Of a stretch of DNA of 64,000 nucleotides, positions 1 to 7,683 are shown piece by piece. This DNA comes from an uncultured Nitrospiraceae bacterium (lineage in GTDB: Bacteria > Nitrospirota > Thermodesulfovibrionia > Thermodesulfovibrionales > SM23-35), in assembly GCA_963727775.1 (NCBI GenBank), contig CAVSHB010000001.1, positions 1,248,001 through 1,312,000 of the forward strand. Direction: 5' to 3'. How positions within the stretch are numbered: the stretch's first letter is position 1; every line of letters starts with the position of its first letter. A model generated the notes under the pieces. The model was not told the origin of the DNA. It did not search any database and saw nothing but the letters and a program-made list of their open reading frames with translations. The position numbers and the translations under genes are program-made.

Positions 1-383
1 ATGAAGTTACTCCTGACACTCTAATACCAGGGTCAACGATAACAATAAACGGAGAATTCTTCACAAACAAGAAACCGACTGTCTATCTTGTAGACCTTGT
101 GTCTCTAAAAAGGAAGAGTTGCAGGGTTGTAAAACCCGCTATGGATCCGACAACAGGAGCAAGCTCGTTAAATTTCATTGTACCTAAATGGGGATCGGGC
201 AAGTATGAGATCATTTTACAAACGTTGATTGGCAATGCGTCAAGTAATCTTTTACTTGCTAACTGGCACTGGCGGAATCCATTGCCGCAAGGCAATACAC
301 TTAACTGCGTGAGCTATGGCAATGGCACCTTTGTGGCTGTGGGGGAGTTTGGCGGCCCCATTATCCAATCAGACCCTCTGTAG
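1..383 (+). CDS. C-terminal part of an exported/surface protein (IPT/TIG-like segment plus one beta-propeller-type repeat); 5' end lies outside the window
   Basis: Frame is open from position 3 (EVTPDTLIPGSTITINGEFFTNKKPTVYL...) to TAG at 381-383; ends WHWRNPLPQGNTLNCVSYGNGTFVAVGEFGGPIIQSDPL. Confidence 0.6.
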   Translation, partial: EVTPDTLIPGSTITINGEFFTNKKPTVYLVDLVSLKRKSCRVVKPAMDPTTGASSLNFIVPKWGSGKYEIILQTLIGNASSNLLLANWHWRNPLPQGNTLNCVSYGNGTFVAVGEFGGPIIQSDPL

Positions 384-593
384 TAATTGCATATAGTATT
401 CACTGAAGCTTTATGTTTGTGCTCGTTACCACCGCGCAGCGGTTTAGTTATACTAATGAAAATCATCATTTTTCATTATATGTTCGCCACGCGTGTTTGC
501 AGGTGCAGTCGAGAAGCAAATCAATAGTTCTTAGAGTGGTTGCCTACAAATCTGTCTTTACAAAAGCAATCGGATAGGAGAGCTACGCCGACG

Positions 594-1955
594 CTATTTC
601 ATAATTCTCGGCTTGATCTCCCGAATGAAGAAGGCGATTGCCTCAGTGACAGGTCTGGACTTCGGTTCCCGTACTAGGGAAAGAGGTATCTGAGCGCTCC
701 ACCGTGCTATACCTGTTAACCCAAAAAGCACTTGTTCAGGTTCCAGATGAATACTGCCGATGTCAAGATGCTGCGGAAGGAAGAAACCTGAAACAAGCAT
801 GGTCGTCATCATCGCAAAACCTGAAAATGCGCCGGATACTCCGGAGTAAAGCTGCCTTCTCTCGTTTGGAGCTATTGAAAGAACAAAGTTCGTCGCGACT
901 AATCCGGCTCCTGCCCACATAATCCCTGATGTGATCGCCTCCAGGTACACAACTTGATAGCTGTGAGGAGTTACAAAGAGCCACACCATGGGGTTGAACC
1001 CCCCCAGCATGATGATAAGACGCATAGCGGTCCTGTTACCGCAGGCATCGATAAGCCTTCCCCACAGACGCAAGACCAGTATGGCTGCTGCAATATTTAT
1101 GCTGCTGTAAATCTGGACCTCAAAAAGCGACATGTGGAGTTTCTGCAACATAAATGGTTGCCAGAAAGGAGCACCTATTCCAACTGCCAGCATCCACCAG
1201 CAGTTGTAAAGGAGAAATCTTCGGAAGTTGCTGTCCCTCATGGGAAGGAAGAACATCCCTGCGGCGCTTTCTTCCTCGATCTTCTTTTCCTTCTCCGGCA
1301 ATCGTGAAAGAACACCCAGCCCGAAGAAGGCGGCAACAACAGCTATAAAAAAAATAATCGCAAAACCGAGAGGCAAATTTTCTGCCCTAAAAAAGGCAGC
1401 TGCCTGTGCATTGATGTCCTGTATGCCTGCTGAACTGAAGTGATCAATGAAGAGACTAAATCCCACCCCCACTCCGACAGCGGTGAGCATCACATACCGC
1501 GAGAGTGTCGAGAAAAAGCGTCCCCTAACAGTTAACGGTACAACGTCCGTTATCCATCCAATCCACGCGTTGCTTGCGATCGACAGCAGGGAAACGCTGA
1601 GAAAAAAGAGGAGGAGTAAAGCGTGAATCGCATTACCGGTGGAAAAAACAAATGGTAGTATTCCGAAGCACAGTACGATACCGCAACCGATGAACTGGAG
1701 GGTAAGCACGACACCCTTTCTTTTTGTTCGCCTTTGCGTTACGAAGACACCGAGGGGCTGAAATATCTGGGAAACCTGTCCTATTGCGGAGAGGATGGCG
1801 AAGTGAAGGGGTGTGGCATTCAGCATAATGGCGAACTTCGTCAGAAATGCCGACCCCGATCCAGAGAGTGTACTAAAAATCTGCCCGAAAATTCCCGACG
1901 TCACAGAGATCCGAAAGATCTTCCTAAGCCCCCTGTCTTTTTTTTGCCTTGTCAT
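594..1955 (-). CDS. MFS transporter
   Basis: 453 aa, about 12 hydrophobic segments, MFS loop motifs (VRGRFFS, WGRLIDACGNR). Confidence 0.85.
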   Translation of the reverse strand: MTRQKKDRGLRKIFRISVTSGIFGQIFSTLSGSGSAFLTKFAIMLNATPLHFAILSAIGQVSQIFQPLGVFVTQRRTKRKGVVLTLQFIGCGIVLCFGILPFVFSTGNAIHALLLLFFLSVSLLSIASNAWIGWITDVVPLTVRGRFFSTLSRYVMLTAVGVGVGFSLFIDHFSSAGIQDINAQAAAFFRAENLPLGFAIIFFIAVVAAFFGLGVLSRLPEKEKKIEEESAAGMFFLPMRDSNFRRFLLYNCWWMLAVGIGAPFWQPFMLQKLHMSLFEVQIYSSINIAAAILVLRLWGRLIDACGNRTAMRLIIMLGGFNPMVWLFVTPHSYQVVYLEAITSGIMWAGAGLVATNFVLSIAPNERRQLYSGVSGAFSGFAMMTTMLVSGFFLPQHLDIGSIHLEPEQVLFGLTGIARWSAQIPLSLVREPKSRPVTEAIAFFIREIKPRIMK

Positions 1956-2188
1956 TAAGTATGCCTTTTCTGGGCGAGAGCCCTAATCATTCTTCTTATT
2001 ATAGAATTATTGATCGGCAGTAGAAGTCATACTTCTTGATAGGTATGCAGGGCGCTTATTCGAACTATGTATTCCATGAAACATTATTCGCGGCGGAACT
2101 CGGATACGGCGAGTTCAGTGGAACCCTCTAAATGCTCCTCTCGATTATATCATTTGGTATTTAGGTTTTCTTCATCCACTTGTATTTT

Positions 2189-2380
2189 TCAGGTCAGATT
2201 CCTGATAAACCGCTCAACATCTTTTTTGTTGAGAATTCGCAAAACTATAGCGCGATTGCCTTCAATCATATAGAACACCCGGTACTTGTCCACCCTGAGC
2301 CTGTAATAATCTGAATTTGTTCCTTTGATCTTTTTGATTGCTTTTCCTCCGGGAAAAGGGTTGTCCCTGAGTGCCTGTGT
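2189..2380 (-). pseudogene. 5'-truncated RelE/ParE-family toxin remnant
   Basis: Manual translation gives LRDNPFPGGKAIKKIKGTNSDYYRLRVDKYRVFYMIEGNRAIVLRILNKKDVERFIRNLT*; no in-frame start codon upstream of this segment before the next stop. Confidence 0.75.
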
Positions 2381-2409
2381 TTGACATAGTAAAGAGTTAA
2401 TTTTATACT
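2381..2409 (+). promoter_or_regulatory. Sigma70-type promoter, probably producing a leaderless mRNA
   Basis: TTGACA (2381-2386), 17 bp, TATACT (2404-2409); GTG start at 2416 with no Shine-Dalgarno. Confidence 0.7.
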
Positions 2410-2415
2410 TATTTT

Positions 2416-2838
2416 GTGTTTAAGATCGCTTTGATTGATGGTCAGGGGGGCGGTATCGGGAGCCTGATTGTAAAGGGGCTGAGGGAAGTATTCGGAGATG
2501 AGATCGAAATACTCGCGCTCGGCACTAATGCGGCTGCGACATCGTCTATGATGAAGTCGAGGGCGAACAAAGGGGCAACGGGGGAGAACGCAATTGTATG
2601 GAACGCGAACAGGGTCCATATGATTATAGGACCTCTGAGTATTGTATTGCCCAATGCGATGCTCGGGGAAATAACACCGAAGATGGCGGAGGCGATTGCG
2701 TCGTCCGGCGCAAAGAAAATTCTTCTCGCTCTTAATCAGGAGGGGATAGAGGTCATAGGAGTTGAGAAAGAGCCGTTGCCGCATATGATAGAGAAGATCA
2801 TTGAGACTGTGAGGCGGGAGTCAGGAAAGGAGAAGTAA
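2416..2838 (+). CDS. DUF3842 family protein
   Basis: IDGQGGGIG, ALGTNAAAT, GATGENAI and MLGEITP motifs. Confidence 0.85.
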   Translation: MFKIALIDGQGGGIGSLIVKGLREVFGDEIEILALGTNAAATSSMMKSRANKGATGENAIVWNANRVHMIIGPLSIVLPNAMLGEITPKMAEAIASSGAKKILLALNQEGIEVIGVEKEPLPHMIEKIIETVRRESGKEK

Positions 2839-2839
2839 T

Positions 2840-3028
2840 ATGTGTGAAGCAAATGCCTATATCTACAAGGATGGAAAAGAAGACCTTTATCTGGAGAGTG
2901 TAGATATCATGAGGCCGGAGGAGGGGAAGATCTTTCTCCGGAATCTTTTTGGAGAGCAGAAAGTTTTTGACGGGGAGATCAGGGAAATATCTCTCCTGCA
3001 GCATAAGATCGTCCTGGAAAAGAAATAG
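2840..3028 (+). CDS. cooT: CooT-family small nickel-binding protein
   Basis: 62 aa, N-terminal MCEANAY, NLFGEQK, C-terminal HKIVL; SD GGAG upstream. Confidence 0.8.
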   Translation: MCEANAYIYKDGKEDLYLESVDIMRPEEGKIFLRNLFGEQKVFDGEIREISLLQHKIVLEKK

Positions 3029-3067
3029 GAGAATGAGCGCTGTGCAAGGTATTCTGCAGGTTTAACC

Positions 3068-3739
3068 GTGGACGGTTCTGTTTCTAAAAATATTACCTGC
3101 TGCCGGCGATGCGGCACATGCTGCCTGAAAGGCGGCCCTGTATTGCACCATGAAGACAAAAAAATCCTCCTCGACGGACACGCGGGGCATCAGCACCTGA
3201 TAACCATCAGGAAAGGGGAATTGGTATTTAATCCTGTCAGGGGCAGACTGGAACACGTCCAGCGCGAGCTTGTCAAAGTAAAAGGGAAGAAAGAAGACTG
3301 GTCATGTTACTTTTATGATGAAAAAGAAAACTCGTGCGGGATTTATGAGCACCGCTTCCTTGAATGCCGCCTTCTGAAATGCTGGGACACGGCTGATATA
3401 ATGTCCGTCATCGGCAAAGATATGATCGTCCGCGCCGACATCGTTAACCCTGAGGACCCGATTATGAGTGTTATTGATATCCACGAGAAAGAATGTCCTT
3501 TTCAGGAAATAGAAAGTCTGGTCTCGGCTTTGTCTCGCGGGACCGATAAACAAAAAACCATTGCGAGTCTGACCGAGCTTGTCAAGAAAGACCTGTCTAT
3601 CCGGTCCTGCACGCTGTCTGAATTGGGGCTGAAGGATGAATTTGAGTCTTTCATTTTCGGTCGCCCTGTTCATGAAATTCTCGAGACCCACGGACTGTCT
3701 ATACGTCATAATCAGGCGGATTTACAGAGAGCAGGGTAA
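3068..3739 (+). CDS. YkgJ-family CxxCxxCC cysteine-cluster protein
   Basis: CRRCGTCC ... CYFY ... CGIYEHRFLECR. Confidence 0.8.
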   Translation: MDGSVSKNITCCRRCGTCCLKGGPVLHHEDKKILLDGHAGHQHLITIRKGELVFNPVRGRLEHVQRELVKVKGKKEDWSCYFYDEKENSCGIYEHRFLECRLLKCWDTADIMSVIGKDMIVRADIVNPEDPIMSVIDIHEKECPFQEIESLVSALSRGTDKQKTIASLTELVKKDLSIRSCTLSELGLKDEFESFIFGRPVHEILETHGLSIRHNQADLQRAG

Positions 3740-3836
3740 TGCATCTCCGCTGTTACATAAATCCTTTTTTTTCTTCCGGATTTTCATAAAATAAGATTGA
3801 AACAAAAAAGATGCAGAAATAATCGGAGAAGCGTGA

Positions 3837-4244
3837 ATGGACCGGAAGGCAAAACGTGTTGTTTGTGCAGGGACCTTTGATTATCTTCATCCAGGACATA
3901 TTGATTTTCTCAAACAGGCGAAGTCCTTAGGTGATGAACTTATAGTCATTGTAGCGAGAGATGAGAACGTTGAGAAGATTAAGGGTATTAAGCCTGAGCA
4001 CGAGGATTACCGGAGATTGAATCTTGAAAAAACCGGTATCCCTGATAAGGTCGTACTCGGCAATCTGGGACAATATCCTCTCTCTATACTCAATGAGCTT
4101 TTGCCCGACATAGTTGCGCTCGGGTATGACCAGAGGGTATCCGAAGATGACATAAAGGCGATATTGCCTGAATGCATAGTCGTTCGCCTGAAGCCGTTTC
4201 ATCCCGATTTGTTTAAATCTTCGCTCTACCGGTCCGGTAAATGA
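3837..4244 (+). CDS. Cytidylyltransferase-family protein (RibL-like FAD synthetase)
   Basis: GTFDYLHPGH (HxGH motif), PDIVALGYDQ, KSS. Confidence 0.75.
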   Translation: MDRKAKRVVCAGTFDYLHPGHIDFLKQAKSLGDELIVIVARDENVEKIKGIKPEHEDYRRLNLEKTGIPDKVVLGNLGQYPLSILNELLPDIVALGYDQRVSEDDIKAILPECIVVRLKPFHPDLFKSSLYRSGK

Positions 4245-4279
4245 CAAGTATCAAATTGTTCATATAAATAGGAGGCCTG

Positions 4280-4870
4280 ATGGCAAAAGTAAAGAGCGCT
4301 CTTGAGATCGCCCTGGAAAAAGCAGGAAAGATCGGCGGATTGTCGGAGGAAGAAAAGGAAAAAATCAAAGAGGAAGAGAAAGTGATATCCATCCTCAAAG
4401 AATTCTATCAGGGAAGGCTCGATTCAAACGGCCTATGGGAGAGATTAAAAGGGAGCAAACCCTCTTTGTTGAGGAAGGTCCAGATGAACTTAATCGATTC
4501 TCTCGGTCTGGGGAATGCGCATGAAGAGTTAATTATGAAAAAGACGGGCATTCTGGCTGTAGAAACACTGAAAAAGGACCCGAATACGGCAGTGATCGAA
4601 TCCGGACTGAATTCAATTGAAGAGCTGCAAAGAGATTACGAAGAAACAAAGGAACGAATTATCGAAGATTTAAAGAAGCAGATAGAAATAAACCCGCAGT
4701 TGAGAATGCAGCCGGTAAGAATGCCCGATGGAAAAACGGCAATGCAAATGAAAGTATCTGTTGACGAAGCGGTAAAAGCCAGATTGTCGGATTACCTTTC
4801 GGAACACGAAGAGCAATACAGCGGGGAATTTGCCGGGATCATCGAAGAATTAAAAGAGCATATGCAATAA
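4280..4870 (+). CDS. Hypothetical protein, charged and helical
   Basis: 196-aa ORF with SD GGAGG. Confidence 0.7.
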   Translation: MAKVKSALEIALEKAGKIGGLSEEEKEKIKEEEKVISILKEFYQGRLDSNGLWERLKGSKPSLLRKVQMNLIDSLGLGNAHEELIMKKTGILAVETLKKDPNTAVIESGLNSIEELQRDYEETKERIIEDLKKQIEINPQLRMQPVRMPDGKTAMQMKVSVDEAVKARLSDYLSEHEEQYSGEFAGIIEELKEHMQ

Positions 4871-4943
4871 TATATTCTGAAATATAGAAAAGCGTCCTGA
4901 TATGAAGTAGAATGATATTCATAATATGCCAGGAGGGAAACAT

Positions 4944-5876
4944 ATGGTGGGTAAAAAGGTTAGCCAGGTTCTTTTCATAGTATTATTTATTTCAGCCGCA
5001 TTCTTTCTCATAGCTCAAACCCGTTCATTTGGTGAAATGAGCGGTATGCAGGACCATCAGCATCATGCCGGCGACAGTATGTATAAGCATGCAAATGCAA
5101 CAGCAGAAGCGGCTGTTGAACTTAAGACAGAGCCCATAAGCATAAAGGCAGGTAATCCCGCAACTTTGCTGGTAACTATCAAAGATCGCGAAGGAAAGCC
5201 GATGCAGGAACTTTTCGTCCATCACGACCGCATCTTGCATGTGGTAATTGCGAGTCAGGACTTCAGTGTATTTGCCCACATCCATCCGGAAGATTTCGGG
5301 ATAATAACCCCGGATATGAAAAAGGCCGCAAGATATCCTGTGCGCTTTACCTTTCCAAAATCCGGGCGTTATATAATCGGAGTTGATTTTGCCGCCAAGG
5401 ACCAACTTTTTTCGAAGCATTTTGTGTTGGATGTCGCGGGTGGACCTGCCTTAAGACATTTGGCGAAGGACTTCTCAAGGGAAAAGGAAATCGGGGACAT
5501 AGACGTGACTTTATCTTTTGCGCCTGAAGGGATTAAGGCCGGGAAAGAAGTGACGCTCAATTATATGTTCAGAAAAAAAGGGAGACCTGTTAACGACCTT
5601 GAGCCCTATCTTTCAGCGCCCATGCATCTTGCGATAATCTCGTCCGATCTGAGCCATTTCATGCATACGCACGGTGAAGTGTCTGATATGTCCGGTATGC
5701 CGGGTATGAGGCACGAAGCTCATCACATGGAGATGGATATGACAGTCCCTGAAAAGTTCGGTCCCAAGATTGAGGTGCATACTGTTTTTCCGGCTAAAGG
5801 TCTGTATCAGATATTCGGCCAGGTGCAACACCATGGCAAGGTAATTCTCACAAGCTTTATGGTCCAGGTTGATTAA
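4944..5876 (+). CDS. Exported His/Met-rich putative metal-binding protein with an internal domain duplication
   Basis: N-terminal signal/TM segment, MQDHQHHA, two similar halves (LHVVIASQDFSVFAHIHP / MHLAIISSDLSHFMHTHG); SD AGGAGG before ATG 4944. Confidence 0.7.
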   Translation: MVGKKVSQVLFIVLFISAAFFLIAQTRSFGEMSGMQDHQHHAGDSMYKHANATAEAAVELKTEPISIKAGNPATLLVTIKDREGKPMQELFVHHDRILHVVIASQDFSVFAHIHPEDFGIITPDMKKAARYPVRFTFPKSGRYIIGVDFAAKDQLFSKHFVLDVAGGPALRHLAKDFSREKEIGDIDVTLSFAPEGIKAGKEVTLNYMFRKKGRPVNDLEPYLSAPMHLAIISSDLSHFMHTHGEVSDMSGMPGMRHEAHHMEMDMTVPEKFGPKIEVHTVFPAKGLYQIFGQVQHHGKVILTSFMVQVD

Positions 5877-5968
5877 GATGATTGTTTGTCCTTTCAAAAA
5901 GGTTGATATTACTATATAAACTGATAGAATTCATTTAGCCGGAAAAATGCAATTGATAGGGGGTACAT

Positions 5969-6112
5969 ATGCTGAAGAACTTGCTAATCGCCGCTTGCTT
6001 TTTTAAAAGACATATGATGCTATGCTGCGCTCTTGGTCTTGCTCTATTGTCAATTCTGCTGATGCCGGTATATGCGTCTGCTCACTTATTTGCCATACAT
6101 GTTTTTGCGTGA
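5969..6112 (+). CDS. 47-aa ORF resembling a signal peptide only (small protein or remnant)
   Basis: MLKNLLIAACFFKRHMMLCCALGLALLSILLMPVYASAHLFAIHVFA*; AGGGGG upstream; TTGATA-16-TAGAAT at 5903-5930. Confidence 0.35.
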   Translation: MLKNLLIAACFFKRHMMLCCALGLALLSILLMPVYASAHLFAIHVFA

Positions 6113-6218
6113 TAGCATTTAATATTTGTGTGAAGCTAAATCCTGCATTGTAAAGGTTTTTGTGGCCGTATGCCTGTCTGTAAATTCTCTGATTTGCATT
6201 TTCGCCTTATTATTAATC

Positions 6219-6749
6219 TCACCTTCTTTTATATAAGCCGATAATTTTCGCCTGTTCAATTATATGTCCTTTTATAGCTTTTTCCAGGTCGGTCTTTGTT
6301 GAATTGGGAGTCAAACTGAGGATGGTGTCAATGGCGTAGATTTTAAAAAAATATCTGTGGGTCCCGGGAGGAGGGCAAGGACCATTGTATATTTTTTTTC
6401 TGAAATCATTCGGACCCTGTATCGCTCCTGCCGGAACAGAGTTTTCTTTGATTTCTTTTGTTTCAGGAGGTATATTCCAAACGACCCAATGTACCCATAT
6501 CCCTCCCGGCGCGTCATAATCATCAACAATCAGGGCAAGGGACTTTGTCTTAGGCGGAACATGTTCGATCAGCAGGGGAGGGTTACTGTCGATCCCTTCG
6601 CAGGAATGCTTTGAGGGCACGTAAGCGTTATTCTCAAATGCAGGGCTTGATATTTTTAATCCGTCTGCTGCGGTTGCGTCTTTGCCGATGCCGGCAGACA
6701 CAAATAAAAATAGAACCATTACCGGTAAGAAAAAAATATTTTTTTCCAT
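6219..6749 (-). CDS. YbhB/YbcL (PEBP) family protein, exported
   Basis: SLALIVDDYDAPGGIWVHWV, YNGPCPPPGTHRYFF; signal peptide. Confidence 0.9.
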   Translation of the reverse strand: MEKNIFFLPVMVLFLFVSAGIGKDATAADGLKISSPAFENNAYVPSKHSCEGIDSNPPLLIEHVPPKTKSLALIVDDYDAPGGIWVHWVVWNIPPETKEIKENSVPAGAIQGPNDFRKKIYNGPCPPPGTHRYFFKIYAIDTILSLTPNSTKTDLEKAIKGHIIEQAKIIGLYKRR

Positions 6750-6794
6750 CTTTTCCCCCTGTGATATAAGAAACGGGTTATTACAAAAGTTTGC

Positions 6795-7637
6795 CTATGG
6801 ATGAAGGCATAACTGATCAGCCTCTCTCTTTAATATTTTGGCAATGTCCGCATCGAGGCCGCTTCTTTTTATGAAATAGGTTTCATCCATGTCCGCAATG
6901 TCCCTGGCTAATATAATATCGTTGCGGAAGAGGACCTCAAGCGAACTCTTTCTTATTGAGGACAGGATTGTTACAGGATAAAGCTTTTTATTATCGATCA
7001 TCTTCTCCAGGCTGTCTTTTTCAGGATATTTCCAACTTACTATTTTCAGCCCGACGCATTCGGCATATTTTATTGCATCTGTGGTGCAGCGTGTGTTGGT
7101 CACAAGCCATCCCTGCTGTATAGTGAAATTCTTTTCAGGCTTTAAGTCATAGGACCTTTTGATGTCCGCAAATCGTGAATGGATATAAAGCGCTATTTTT
7201 ATATCAGTGGGATTTCCCGCGTTGCTGTGGTATTTGCATTCTACAACAAAGCCCTTGTTCTCCTTGCTCGCAACGATATCGACTTCATGCGCAACACAGT
7301 ACCCGTTCATGAGCCTGTCCAGTTCAACAGAATAACCATAAACCTCGAGTATCTTTGCAAAGTATTTTTCGAACTGATAACCGGCAGGGCCGAGGAAATA
7401 GATTGCCTTCTTAATGGAATATCTCATATCTGAAGCGCGGTTATAGCGCCTCAGTAGTTTTTTAGCCATTCTGAAGATGTGTTTTGTATGGGAAGTCGGG
7501 GATATCTGGGATTCAACCTTTTGGGCAATATCCAGGGCGGCGTCTTCTGATGCCCCGGACCGGACTAACGACGCTATTAGTTTCTGAATATTGAATTCCT
7601 CAGACTGCCCTGATGCCTTGATTATTGTGTGTGCCAT
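6795..7637 (-). CDS. ATP-cone domain fused to an Mrr-like PD-(D/E)xK nuclease domain
   Basis: N-terminal IIKASGQSEEFNIQKLIASL; GYQFEKY ... HEVDIVA ... VECKYH. Confidence 0.8.
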   Translation of the reverse strand: MAHTIIKASGQSEEFNIQKLIASLVRSGASEDAALDIAQKVESQISPTSHTKHIFRMAKKLLRRYNRASDMRYSIKKAIYFLGPAGYQFEKYFAKILEVYGYSVELDRLMNGYCVAHEVDIVASKENKGFVVECKYHSNAGNPTDIKIALYIHSRFADIKRSYDLKPEKNFTIQQGWLVTNTRCTTDAIKYAECVGLKIVSWKYPEKDSLEKMIDNKKLYPVTILSSIRKSSLEVLFRNDIILARDIADMDETYFIKRSGLDADIAKILKREADQLCLHP

Positions 7638-7654
7638 ATAAGATTAACAGAATT

Positions 7655-7683
7655 ATTTTATTGATGATGCGGATTTATGTCAA
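7655..7683 (-). promoter_or_regulatory. Sigma70-type promoter of the ATP-cone nuclease gene
   Basis: Minus strand TTGACA, 17 bp, TAAAAT, ending 17 nt before ATG 7637. Confidence 0.65.

Noticed and set aside
454..478. TAATGAAAA...TTTTCATTA inverted repeat resembling a Fur box
   Set aside because: It lies between convergent gene ends and is AT-only, so no function can be assigned
2266..2784. 172-aa minus-strand ORF
   Set aside because: Antisense to DUF3842 and in a different frame from the RelE remnant
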